Assembly (NCBI GenBank): GCA_043228905.1 | Contig: JBHGNT010000016.1 | Span: forward strand, 7,502,001-7,566,000 | Direction of reading: 5' to 3' | Length of the DNA: 64,000 bases | Source: Azolla caroliniana | Taxonomy: Eukaryota; Plantae; Polypodiophyta | Shown: piece by piece, positions 24,415 to 35,977 of the stretch | Position numbering within the stretch: position 1 is the stretch's first letter | How the letters are laid out: each line of letters opens with the position of its first letter | Position numbers and translations under genes: made by a program | Notes under the pieces: model-generated | Told to the model about the DNA's origin: nothing | Databases searched by the model: none | Seen by the model: the letters and a program-made list of their open reading frames with translations, nothing else

Positions 24415-27400
24415 TGTGCGGAAATAATGCTTAGCCACAACCAAGTCTTCAACAAGGAATAGAAGAGAACAAACTAAAATAGAGATGACACAAAATGTTA
24501 ACCTGGAAAACCCTAAATGGGAAAAACCATGGGAGCCCATAAACTCCAACTATCACTATGAGAGGAGGAATACAATGTGAGACTTAGAGGCAACGACCTC
24601 AAGCTCTATGTCTTCGCCAAACCTGTGATTACAACAGAAAACTAGTTTTGTATCTCTGTCACACACTCTCCCTCTCTGTATACAACAATATACAACACCT
24701 AACAACAACAACACTCTAAAAGTGATTGGCCTAAGTCATATTTATACTTATATGATATTTGGGCTATTTACAAATATAACCTTAATAGGCTAACCATGAA
24801 ACATATTTACAAATATGTCCTTCGATCCGGTTTGCACCAGATCCATCTAGATTCACATGATCCGGTTTCCGGGTTTCATTCTGAACCCTTCCGGATCCGA
24901 TTCCTTCATCCGACTCATCCGATCCGGCTCCTCCGGTTCTCATCCAGGTCCCATCCGGAGCGACCAAATTCCTAAAAAACTCCCCCTTCACTCCGGCATG
25001 GGATTTCTCGTTAATCTGATCCATTTCTAGCACGTGTCTAGTTTGTCAGCTTACAGGACCTTGGTCAACATATCCGATCCATTCTCCTTTGTGTGGATCT
25101 TCGTCAGCACGAACTCTTGATCTTTTACTCTCTCCTTGATCCAGTGATACCTCCGTTGGATGTGCTTCTTCCGGGAATGGTAGTCTGCTCTTCGCAACAT
25201 GGATGGCACTTTGACTGTTGCGGTAGCGTCGGAATTCTTCCTACCGGATCCCTAGCTCTCCGATGAAGTCCTTCATCTAGATTATCTCCTTGCCGGTTTC
25301 CACAACTGCCATGTACTCCGCTTTCGTTGTCGACAGTGCAACGGACTTCTGCAACCTCGACTGCCATGATACAACTCCCCTTGCATATGTCATGACATAT
25401 CCAGATGTAGACCGGCTGGTATCCGCAACAACCGGTATATCCGAATCCATGAATCCGTCACGTTGGGGTTTACCGGAGCCAAACCGAAGGCACATACTCG
25501 GGGTGCCTTTCAGATACCAGAGTATCCACTGGACCGCATTCCAATGCTCTCTTTCAGGATTGTAGTCTCTTGTGCCACAACTCACCAGAAGTGTCGAATG
25601 CTACGTTCACTTCTTCCATGCATATCTAGGCCTGCATAAGGTACATCGTGTTGATCTTCCGGGCTCGAGCCACAATCAGGCTTCAGTTCTTCAACACTTG
25701 TCACGATCGACGACATTCCCTTCCGATCCAAGTCTTTCTGGTCCGAACCGTTCCGGTCCGAACCCTTCTTCGAATCGGCACTATCAGTTCCTTTCTCTTT
25801 TCGGAAGTGTCCTGGCTTGCCACAATAGAAGCAAGTAGGCCTCCCCCTTGACTTCGACCTTGTCCCCAGCTGTTCCCGGTTCTAGGGAATCCGGTACCGG
25901 TTTCTTCCTCAGTGATGGTCATCTTCCGTGACCAAGGCCTTCAGATCTGTTCTGGATTCCCGGTCCTTCCGGCGAGCTTCTTCATCTAGCAAGCTTGATT
26001 TTACTCTTGCTAGGGCCAACTGCTTTCAGTCTGGCTCGACGTTGCCCAAACTGACAACTAGCGTCTCCCAACTATCCGGGAGGGAACCGAGCAGGAGCAA
26101 TGCAAGTACCTCATCGGCTAGAGGTACTTTGCGTGAATTTGTTTGGTTTATGAGCCCCTGAAATGCATTCATGTGCTCCGCCATGCTCGATCCGCCTTGG
26201 TATCGGAGTCTCACTAACTTCCGGAATACCGAAACCCGATTTATGGTGTTTTTACTCTCTAGCATGGTGCCAATTTTCTCCCAGAGCACATGAGCTTTAC
26301 TTTCTTCATTGAAGTTGTTATATAGGCTAATGTCGATGAAGCACCGGATGTATGCCATTGTCTTCATGTGCATCACCTACCATGTCGCGACATCGATCTT
26401 ATCCGGTTTCTCATCCCCGAACTGTACCGACAGTCAGATCTTTGACCACGAGCATGTCTCTCATCTTCCACTTCCACACTAGGTAGTTGGAGCCAGTGAG
26501 CTTGAACATACCGTTGTCGTAGTGTATTTCGTACACTACGTGAAAAACTTATAAAGTACCGATTTAATAAATATGAATAAATAGTAGAAAATATTAAAAT
26601 ATATATAACATGCATAGGGCAAGATTCGAACCTTGCACCTCCATGTTAATAATGTAATGTCTTACCATTACACTAGCATTTTATTAGTGTTCAAAAATAG
26701 ATGTTCCACATAGAAAGCTTAGTTCACCTAGGATAAACTTTAGTTAAAAGAAAACGCATGCTAAAAGAAAAAGCTACGCATGCACATCTAGCGTGCATGA
26801 ACGCTATAGTTGATAAAAAACGCACAAGTTAGAAAAAGCATGATCACTTTAGATAAAGCATATAGTCTATCTATAGGAAAAGCATGGAGTCTATAGTTAG
26901 AAAAAAAGCATGGTGTGCTTTGCTGCCTCCACTTCGAGTTTCTCTTCGAGGGCCTTCACTAGCTTTCGGCCTTTGGCCCGGATGTCCTTTTCTCTATTGG
27001 AGGATTGGCGGAGTTCGGAGCAGAGGCGGTCAATCTCGGATTCTGCCAGCTGCACAACCCTCTTTGCTTTTGAGGCAATGGTGGTCTGGGCTTCAACCTC
27101 TTCTCTTAGGGACTGGGCCTCGACGGTGTTGCATGTTGGTCGAGTTTCCGAAATTGAGGCAAATTGTGCACTAGATTGCCTGACGAAAATGTCGTTCCTC
27201 GTCCCGAGGTAATGCTTGTCGTAATGAGGACATGGAAAATCGTTCCTCTTCTTCATCCAGCCCGAGCTGTAACGCCCGCTCAATGACCATATCACTTGTT
27301 TCTCCTTTCACGCTATTGTGGTTGAGTGTCGTCCGTATAGGTCATCATATGGCAGCCATAAATGTCTCCTGAGCCTCGTCCTCTGTCGGGCCCCGTTCTA

Positions 27401-29277
27401 ATTTCCGCCGCAAATTTTGGATGCGTAAACTTAAGTCCACGACAGTCTCCGCCGACAATTGTTTGATTGTATAGAACTGCCCGAGGATTTCGCCTTGCAG
27501 CACCCTTCGATGAAAGAAACGCAGAAAGGCCGACTACAGCTGGTCGAAGGTCATGATTGCTGGCAGATCCATCTGCAAATGCCAAAACACAACTCTACCA
27601 TCTAGAGTTAATCCAAACTCTGTCATTTTGGATTGGTGTGCTACCTTTTCTGGAAGTCTCTGCGCCATGTGATTCGCATTCCAGACATTCAACAACAGGC
27701 GAATGTGGGTTGCGGCGTTGAAGCGGGGATAGGAGAAGGCCATGTTGGACGCTACAGCACGCACGGGAAGACCACAATACTTGTGTGGTGACGGAACTTC
27801 CTGTGTCTCGCCCGGGTATTTGGTGAACGGGAAGTCGACTTTGTGGTTCCGACAGATATCACTGAGGTCCCTGAGATGAGGTTTTCGCCCTGCGCGTTCC
27901 TTTGCTTGGTGTGTGATGGACCTTGTGATTGGTCGGTCTTGTTGTGTTCGTTTTGTATGACATTTATGGCTAAACATCCATTCGTCGTTGTTCGTCTGCG
28001 AGAAGACATAGATCACCAAGCGTGCCAAATGTGTTACCGATTAGGAACACTGTCTACGGTCAATCCTTTAACCTAGACCTCAAGGTGATTGCGTTGCAAG
28101 GAATGGTACCGTTGTACCATAATACGTAATGGGATACTTCCCTGTATCCTAGTAGCGTATAAGGGAGACGGCTACAAATGAACTCCTTAGGAAGTGCACT
28201 TAGTATCCACACTTACGCCTACACCTTTACGATTACAGTTTACCACAGAGAACAAAGAACAGAGTAGATAAAACCACAAATATGCTCATAAATCAGAGAA
28301 GATATTATTCTATTAGAATAACTCTCTATGCGCCAAAATTACACGCTACCTCTTACAGAGGATTTCTGCCCTTTATATACACTGGGTCTTTTAGCTGTTT
28401 ACGCTTCCCGTGTGAACCGTTACATGCGTTTCTTACGCTTTTACTATATTCTAATATTTCTGCACTTCTGGCCGTCGGTTACTATTCCGGCGGACAACAG
28501 TTCCTTCATCCGACTCGTCCGATCCGTCTCCTCCGGTTCTCATCCAGATCCCATCCGGAGGGACCGAATTCCTAACAAACTCCCCCTTCACTTCGGGATG
28601 GAATTTCTCATTAATCCGATCCGTATTCGGCACGTGTCCAATTTGTCAACTGACAGGACCTTGCACAACATATCCGATCCATTCTCCTTTGTGTGGATCT
28701 TCGTCAGCACGAAGTCTTGATCTTCTACTCTCTCTTGGATCTAGTGATACCTTCGCTGGATGTGCTTCGTCCGGGAATGGTAGGCCGCTCTTCACAAGGT
28801 GGATGGCACTTTGACTGTCGTGGTAGAGCCAAAATTCTTCATATAAGATCCCTAGCTCTCCGATGAAGTCCTTCATCCAGATTATCTCCTTGCCGACTTC
28901 CACAACTGCCATGTACTCCGCTTCCGTTGTCGACAGTGCAATGGACTTCTACAACCTCGACTGCCATGATACAGCTACCCATGCATACGTCATGACATAT
29001 CCGGATGTAGACTGGTTGGTATCCACAACAACCGACATATCCGAATCCATGAATCCGTCAAGTTGGGGTTTACCGGAGCCAAACCGAAGGCACATACTCG
29101 AGGTGCCTTTCAGATACCGGAGTATCCATTTGACCGTGTTCCAATGCTCTCTTCTGGGATTGCTCATGAACCGGCTCACCACTCCGACTGCATATCCGAT
29201 ATCTGGCCGGGTACATACCATCGTGTACATCAAGCTTTAGACAATTGAGGCATATGGGAGGGACCGAATTGCTAACA
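24415..29277 (-). mobile_element. Heavily rearranged Ty1/copia (Tnt1/Tork-like) complex: 3' LTR 24415-~24978, RNase H and gag fragments, second LTR end plus RNase H copy at 28501-29277
   Basis: Starts TGT, ends AACA, TSD CGAGT/TGAGT. Minus-strand peptides VSWQSRLQKSVALSTT.AEY and FRKLVRLRYQ.GSSMAEHMNAF. PPT complement aactccccct near 24978 and 28578. Confidence 0.8.
26515..28496 (-). mobile_element. Ty3/Gypsy fragment with decayed gag
   Basis: Minus-strand AFSYPRFN..THIRLLLNVW..KMTEFGLTLDGRVVFW...IMTFDQL*SAFL resembles a retrotransposon gag capsid domain, followed by a coiled-coil segment (26897-27295). Confidence 0.6.
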
Positions 29278-30752
29278 TGAGTAGGGAAAAGAAGTTGATG
29301 TGCTCAAGGAAGAACTCATCACGCAAGTGGCACTAAAGGAAAGAGAAAAACAACTACGGAATACAGCCCAGGAAGAGAAGCGGAAGATGGAGGAAGGATT
29401 CCATCAGGTGAAAAGTAATATGGAGGAGTTGAAGAAGGAAAAGGAAATGTTGTTGAAAGAGAAAGACAAACTTTGGAGAATGGCGGAGACAGATTGAGCG
29501 GCTCAAAGAAGAACTTTGCCAAGAAAAGGAGGATTTTGACAAGTTGTATCAGGACTACAAGAAGTTGGAAACGGATTAGACTGGTAGCATGACCAGTTGA
29601 AGGAGGCCCGTGCCGAACTCCAAGAGAAGGCGGAGGCTCTAACGGCTCAAGAGAAATTGTTGGAGGAGAGAACAACGCAGCTACTGGCGGACACGGCGAA
29701 AGAGCGGTCGAAAATATTTGACACTGAAAATCAAATAATAGAACGATCCCATACGGTATTAGATAAAGTGCAAACAACATACCAAACCCGGATCCAGAAT
29801 TATGAAGTGCAAGAAACGGAAACAACAACGTTAATTAAGCAGTGGAAGAAGGAAAAGGAGGCCATGGAAGACAAGATCAAAATGGGGATTAACCACATCC
29901 AAGTGATCGTCGGAGGATGGAAGGACCAAATAAAAATGAAAATAGATGATTATTCGAGGTGGGTATGGAATGAGTAATTGAAACAGGCGGCTGAACTCCA
30001 AATTCTCTAGGTTGATGCTGAAAATCGGAAGAAAGCCGACGACAATTTCTATAAGATGGACGAAGAAAGCATCGTCACCATACAATAGAAATTGTCGGAT
30101 GATTTTTATGGCATGGCCGAAACTGAATTAGAGGTTGTCTGGAAGATCCCCGACATATTTGAAGATGACCAACTACAAGTGCAGTTGCAGTTGGAACGGT
30201 ATGAAAGGAAGTGATGGCGGAAGAAAGCGGAGAAAAAAGCGGAACAAATCAACATCAGTGATGAAGAATCACAGAGGGAACCGGGGACTACCACACAACA
30301 ACAGTCAAAGTCAGAGTCGGAGATGCAAAGGACGGAAATAGAGGTAACAGAACCTGAGTCATAGAGACCAGGGAAGTAGGTAGAGCAGTCAGAAAAGGAG
30401 TCGGAGTCAGAAAAACAGCAGTTGACGAAATCGGAAGAAGACCCATTTGAACCTCTAGATCAGAGCATTTTGGATATACTTGATGAAGATTGAAGGAGCT
30501 AACCCGTGGGTTTGACGTGCAAGGCACTGTCCCACGGGCGTGCCATGTATTGGCCTATGAGTATGATCCGGAAGAGGAAGTGTGAACAGGGAAGAGTTAA
30601 GGCCAGAGGAGTATTATTAATATAGTTAAGGAAATGACGGCTCCAGATATTTGTACCGATCTAGATCCGCACCATTTAGTAACCGGTAGTCAGTAAGGCA
30701 CCGTTTTATAACTCTTACCGGATTCCTATAAAAGGATACAAATTGATGTATA

Positions 30753-33700
30753 TGAAAGAAAATAGCACGGAATATTGCTCGACCACAACTGAGTCTTGAA
30801 TCACAGAAATGGGCAGTAAAGAGTGAACACACGTACACACACAAGCAATAGAGAGTACACAGGATGTTTACATGGAAAACCCTAATAGGGAAAAACCACG
30901 GGAGCCCACAGACTCCGAACTATCAATATGTGAGAAAGGCACAACTAGAGACTTGGAGGCAACAACCTCGAGCTCTATTTCTTCGCCAAGCGGGGGTTCC
31001 AACAGAAACCGATCTGTATCTCACTCTCTCTCTATACAACAGTTATGCACATACAACAATATGACAACAACATTACTAAGTGATTGCCCTAAGTCATATT
31101 TATACTTATATGAACTTAGGGCTATTTACAAATGTAGCCTCAATAGGATTACTCAATACATATTTACAAATATGTCTCCTCTTTCGGTTCTCACCGGGTC
31201 CATCCGATCCGATTTCCGGATCTCTTCAGGTTGTCACCGGGCCTATCCGATCCAGTTTCCGGATCTCTTCTGATTCTCACCGGGCCCTCTTTATTCATAA
31301 CCGGATCCCATCTGAAGGGACCGAACTCTAGATCTTCTACTCTCTCCGGGATCCAGTGGTACCTTCGTTGGATATGTTTCTTCCGGGAATGGTAGCCCGC
31401 GTTCCTTGCAAGGTGGATGGCACTTTGACTGTCGTAGTTGAGCCGGTATTCCTCCTGTTGGACTCCTTCATCCATATTATCTCCTTGTCGGCTTCGCCTC
31501 CGTGGTTGACAACTGCCATGTACTACGCCTCCGTGGTTGACAACGCAACCGTCTTCTGTAGCCTCGACTGCCACGAAATAGCTCCCCCTGCATAAGTCAC
31601 GACATATCTGGATGTAGACCGGCTGGTATCCGCATCAGCCGACATATCCGAATCCGTGAATCCGTCAAGCTGGGGATTACCAGAGCCAAACCGGAGGCAC
31701 GTACTCGAGCTGCCTTTCAAATACCGGAGTACCCACTTGACTGCGTTCCAATGCTCTCTTCCGGGATTGCTCATGAACCGGCTTACCACTCATACTACAT
31801 ATCCGATATCCGGCCGAGTACAGACCATCGCGTACATCAAGATTCTGACGGTAGAGGCATATGGTATCTTCATCATATCTATCTTCTCCACCTTTTTCCT
31901 TGGACTTTGTTTTCCAGATAGCTTGCAGTTTACCGGAAGTGTCGACCCAACCAGTTTCGCCTCCGACATGTTGAATCGTTGAAGCACCTTTCTCACGTAC
32001 TTCTCCTGTGACAACCACAACAACTTCTTCGACTGGTCCCGGATGATGTACATCCCCAATATCTGTCTTGCCGGATCCAAGTCTTTCATTGAGAAGGTCC
32101 AGTTCAGAGCCTTCTTCAGCATCCAAATCTTCCCTTGGTCTCGTCTAACGATCAACATATCATCCATATATAGGAGAAGTATCAGGAAATCTCCTCTGTC
32201 AAATTTCTTCACAAACACACAGTGATCGGCCTACGTCTTGTGGTACCCTTGGTCGGTCATGAAGGAGTCGAACTTCTGGTATCATTGCCGGGGAGCTTGC
32301 TTCAGGCCGTATAAGCTCTTCTTCAGCCAGCACACTAGGTGCTCCTTCCCTTTCTTCTCAAATCCTTCCGGTTGATGCATGTATATCTCTTCTTTGAGGT
32401 TGCCATGTAGGAATGCCGTCTTGAAGTCCAGTTGCTCTACTTCGAGGTCCATGCTTGCCGCTATGCTCAATGTTGTCCGAATGGAAGTCATCTTTACTAC
32501 CGGTGCAAAGATTTCATCGCATTCCACTCCTTTCTTCTGCTGGAAACCCTTCACCACGATCTGGGCTCTGACCTTGGTGGATTTCCGGCGTCTCTCGGTT
32601 TCAGCTTGTACACCCACTTGTTCCGGTGTGCTCTCTTCCCTTTCGGCAACTCCGTCAGTTCATATGTGTGGTTCTCATGAAGGGAATCCATCTCGTCCTT
32701 GCATGGCACTCACCCACTTGCGGCTGTGGGTGTCTCTCTTTGCTTCTTCGAAGCTTTCCGGCTTCCCCTCATCGGTTAGGAACGCATGCTCTGCATCCGG
32801 AAATCTCCGTCCCTGCTTTCTAACCACCGGTTCCTCCGTTCGTTCCTCATCCTCATCCAATTCGGGATCTTGTCTGGTTCTGGTGTCTTCTTCTTCTTCT
32901 TCGATCGTTTTGGTTGCTTGTTCGTATCCAGCCGGTTTGTCGAGTGTCCTCTCGTTGCCGGCTAATAACCGGGTAGGTCCTTGTGTCCTCAAATCGGTTT
33001 TCATTGGATGATCCAGAGTTCATCAACTTATTCTCCGACTCCCAATCGGAAATGGTCTTGTCTTCCATGAAGACTATGTCCACCTCCGGAACACCTTCTT
33101 GTTGACCATATCCCACACCCGGTAACCGAACTCATCATCACCGTATCCAAGGATTATGCATTGCGGGGACTTCGGATCCATCTTTGCTCTCTTGTCCTTC
33201 GCCACATGCAAGTAAGCGAGACATCCGAATACCTTTAGATGCCGGTAGGACACGTCCTTACCGGTCCATACTCTCTGCAGTGTATCTCCGTCCAAGGGTG
33301 CTGAGGGTGATCTGTTTATTACATAGGTCATCGTCGCTAGTGCCTCAACCCAAAATGTCTTGGGTAACATGGCATGTGCAAGCATGCTCTGAACTCTCTC
33401 CATTATGGTCCGATTCATCGTTTCGGTCAGCCCATTTAGTTCCGATGTCTTTGACACGATAAATTCGAACCGGATTCCCTTCGACCAGCAGTACTCCTCG
33501 AACTACCCCCAGTATTCTCGTCCGTTATCTGCTTGAACCGCCTTCAGCTTCCGGCCGGTTTCTCTTTCCACTCTCGCGTGGAGCTCCTTGAAGACAGATA
33601 CCACTTGATCCTTCGTCTTTAGTGGTGTGACCCACAGCTTCCGGGTGTGGTCGTCTATGAACGCGACGAAGTACTACAATCCAACATATGACTTCGTGTC

Positions 33701-35845
33701 CACTTGACACACATCAATATGCACCAGCTCTAGTGGTGCGCTCCGTCTCATCGGTGGTGTTAAGCGGAAGGAGGTTTGGTTTTGCTTCCTAGCCAAGAAA
33801 TTAGTGCACTTCTAAAGTTGCACGTCCTTTACCGGAATGAGATTGTCTTCGGCAAGTCTCTTCATCCCCTTCTGGCTCATATGACATAGTCTCTTGTGCC
33901 ACAACTCACCGGCAGTGTCAGATGCTACGTTCACTTCTTCCCGGCATATCCGGGCATGCATTAGATACAACGTGTTGACCTTCCGGGCTTGTGCCACTAT
34001 TAGGCTCCCTTTACTGAACTTCATAACTCCGTTCTGGATGCTACCCCTGTAGCCTTCATCATCTAGCCAACCGGCTGATATTAGGTTCAATCGAACCTCC
34101 AGAACGTGTCAGACATCCTTTAGCTGCAACATGCATCTGGTTGATGTCGTCAACAACACATCTCCTGTGCCGACAATTCGGTATGTACCTTCATTCCCCA
34201 TCTGGACACAACCATGATCACCGGCTGTGTAGGATGAGAAGCATTTCCGATTCGGTGTCAGGTGGAACGACGCTTCGGAATCGACAACCCACGTTGTCTC
34301 GTCGCCGACAAGGTTTAACTCATTCTCCTCGGTAATGACCATCAACTCTTCTTCTCTTGTCACGATTGCCGACGTTCCTTTCCGATCCGGGCCTCTCCGG
34401 TCCAAACCATTTTGGTCCAAACTCTTCTTCGAATCGGTGGTGCCAGTTTCTTTCTCTTTCCAGAAATGCCGATAGTTCTTCTAGAAGTGCCCTGGCTTCC
34501 CACAGTAGAAGCAAGTAGGCCTCCCCCTTGAGTTCGACCTCATCCACGACTTGCCCCAGTTTTGGGAACTCCGATACCAGCCTCTTCCCCGGTTGTAGTC
34601 ATCTTCCATGTCCAAGGCCTTTAGATCGGTTCCGGACTCCCGGTCTTTCCGGCGAGCTTCTTCATCTAGCAAGCTTGATTTTACCCTTGCTAGGGACAAC
34701 TGCTTTTCTTTTGGCCAGGCGTTGTCCAATGTGACAACTACCGTTTCCCAACTATCCAAGAGGGAACCGAGCAGGAGTAATGTGAGTACCTCATCGGCGA
34801 GAGGTACTTCCAACAAGGTTGTCTGGTGGATCAGTCCCTGGAAGGCATTCATGTGCTCCGCCATACTGGAGCCATCCTGGTACTGGAGCCTCACTAGCTT
34901 CTGGAATATCGAAACCTGATTAATAACATTCTTGTTCCGGAACATGATGTCGATATTCTCCCAGAGTTCGTGAGGCTTGCTCTCTTCATTGAACTTGTTG
35001 TACAAGCTCATGTCGATGAAGCACCGGATGTATACCATTGTCTTCATGTACATCACCTACTACATTGTGGCGTCGATCTTATCCGGTCTCTTGTCCCGAA
35101 CTAAACCGGCAAGCAAAGATCTTTAACCACCAGCATATCCCTCATCTTCGACTTCCACACTGAGTAGTTGGAGCCGGTGAGCTTGAACATGCCTCCGAAC
35201 GATTCTTCCATTTCCTGTGTTGTTCACTCTGATACCAGATTGTAAGAAAATAGTCTGGAATATTGCTCAACCACAACCAAGTCTTGAATCACAAAAATGG
35301 GAATGAAACACAGAAATGGGAAGTAGAGAGTGAACGTACGTACACACACAAGCAATAGAGAGTACACATGATGTTTACGTGGGAAACCCTAATAGGGAAA
35401 AGCACGGGAACCCACATACTCCGAACTATTACTATGTGAGAAAGGTACAATCAGAGACTTGGAGGCAAGGACCTCGAGCTCAGTTTCTTCGCCAAGCGGC
35501 GGTTACAACAGAAATTGACCTGTATCTCACTCTCTCTCTATACAACAGTTATGCACATATAGCAATATGATAACAACCTTACTAAGTGATTGTCCTAAGT
35601 CATATTTACACTTATATGAACTTAGGGCTATTTACAAATATAGCCTCAATAATCTTACTCAAAACATATTTAGAAATATGTCTCCTCTTCCGGTTCTCAC
35701 CAGGTCCATCCGATCCGATTTCCGAATCTCTTCTGGTTCTCACCGGGCCTATCTGATCCGGTTTCCGGTTCTCTTCCGATTCTCACCGGGCCCTCTTTAT
35801 TCATAACCGGACCGGATCCCATCCGGAGGGACCGATTTCCCAACA
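30753..35845 (-). mobile_element. Near full-length decayed Ty1/copia (Tnt1/Tork-like): 5' LTR 35241-35845, 3' LTR 30753-~31326
   Basis: PBS complement ctctgatacca at about 35227-35237. gag ATG at 35211, CFYCGKPGH knuckle, WVVDS protease, LWHKRLCHMS GAG-pre-integrase, integrase, RT (LLLYMDDMLI), RNase H. TSD GTATA/ATATA. Many stops and frameshifts. Confidence 0.93.
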
Positions 35846-35977
35846 ATATATTTTACTGAAGTAATGCAAATTTAAGGATTGTTGTCTATTGTATTGTTTG
35901 ATTTACATTGTACTTGTCGTTTGTGCTATAATTTGCAATCTTACACGTGTAACTAAGACCCAAATAAGTGTGTGAAA

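Larger units (their letters stand above)
22478..30585 (+). pseudogene. Retrotransposon extra (env-like/coiled-coil) ORF, fragmented by two insertions
   Basis: Segments 22478-22510, 23300-24414 and 29283-30585 join in frame across both TSDs. N-terminal AGFIMATFEGLKVDWRLIIADSL, acidic linker, long E/K/Q/L coiled coil, end at YEYDPEEEV*. Several internal stops. Confidence 0.65.

Noticed and set aside
26612-26680. Functional tRNA gene
   Set aside because: Acceptor and anticodon stems do not pair; kept only as a tRNA-like relic.
32379-33011. 210-aa plus-strand ORF and many similar ORFs opposite Copia pol
   Set aside because: Antisense shadows of RT/integrase coding sequence.
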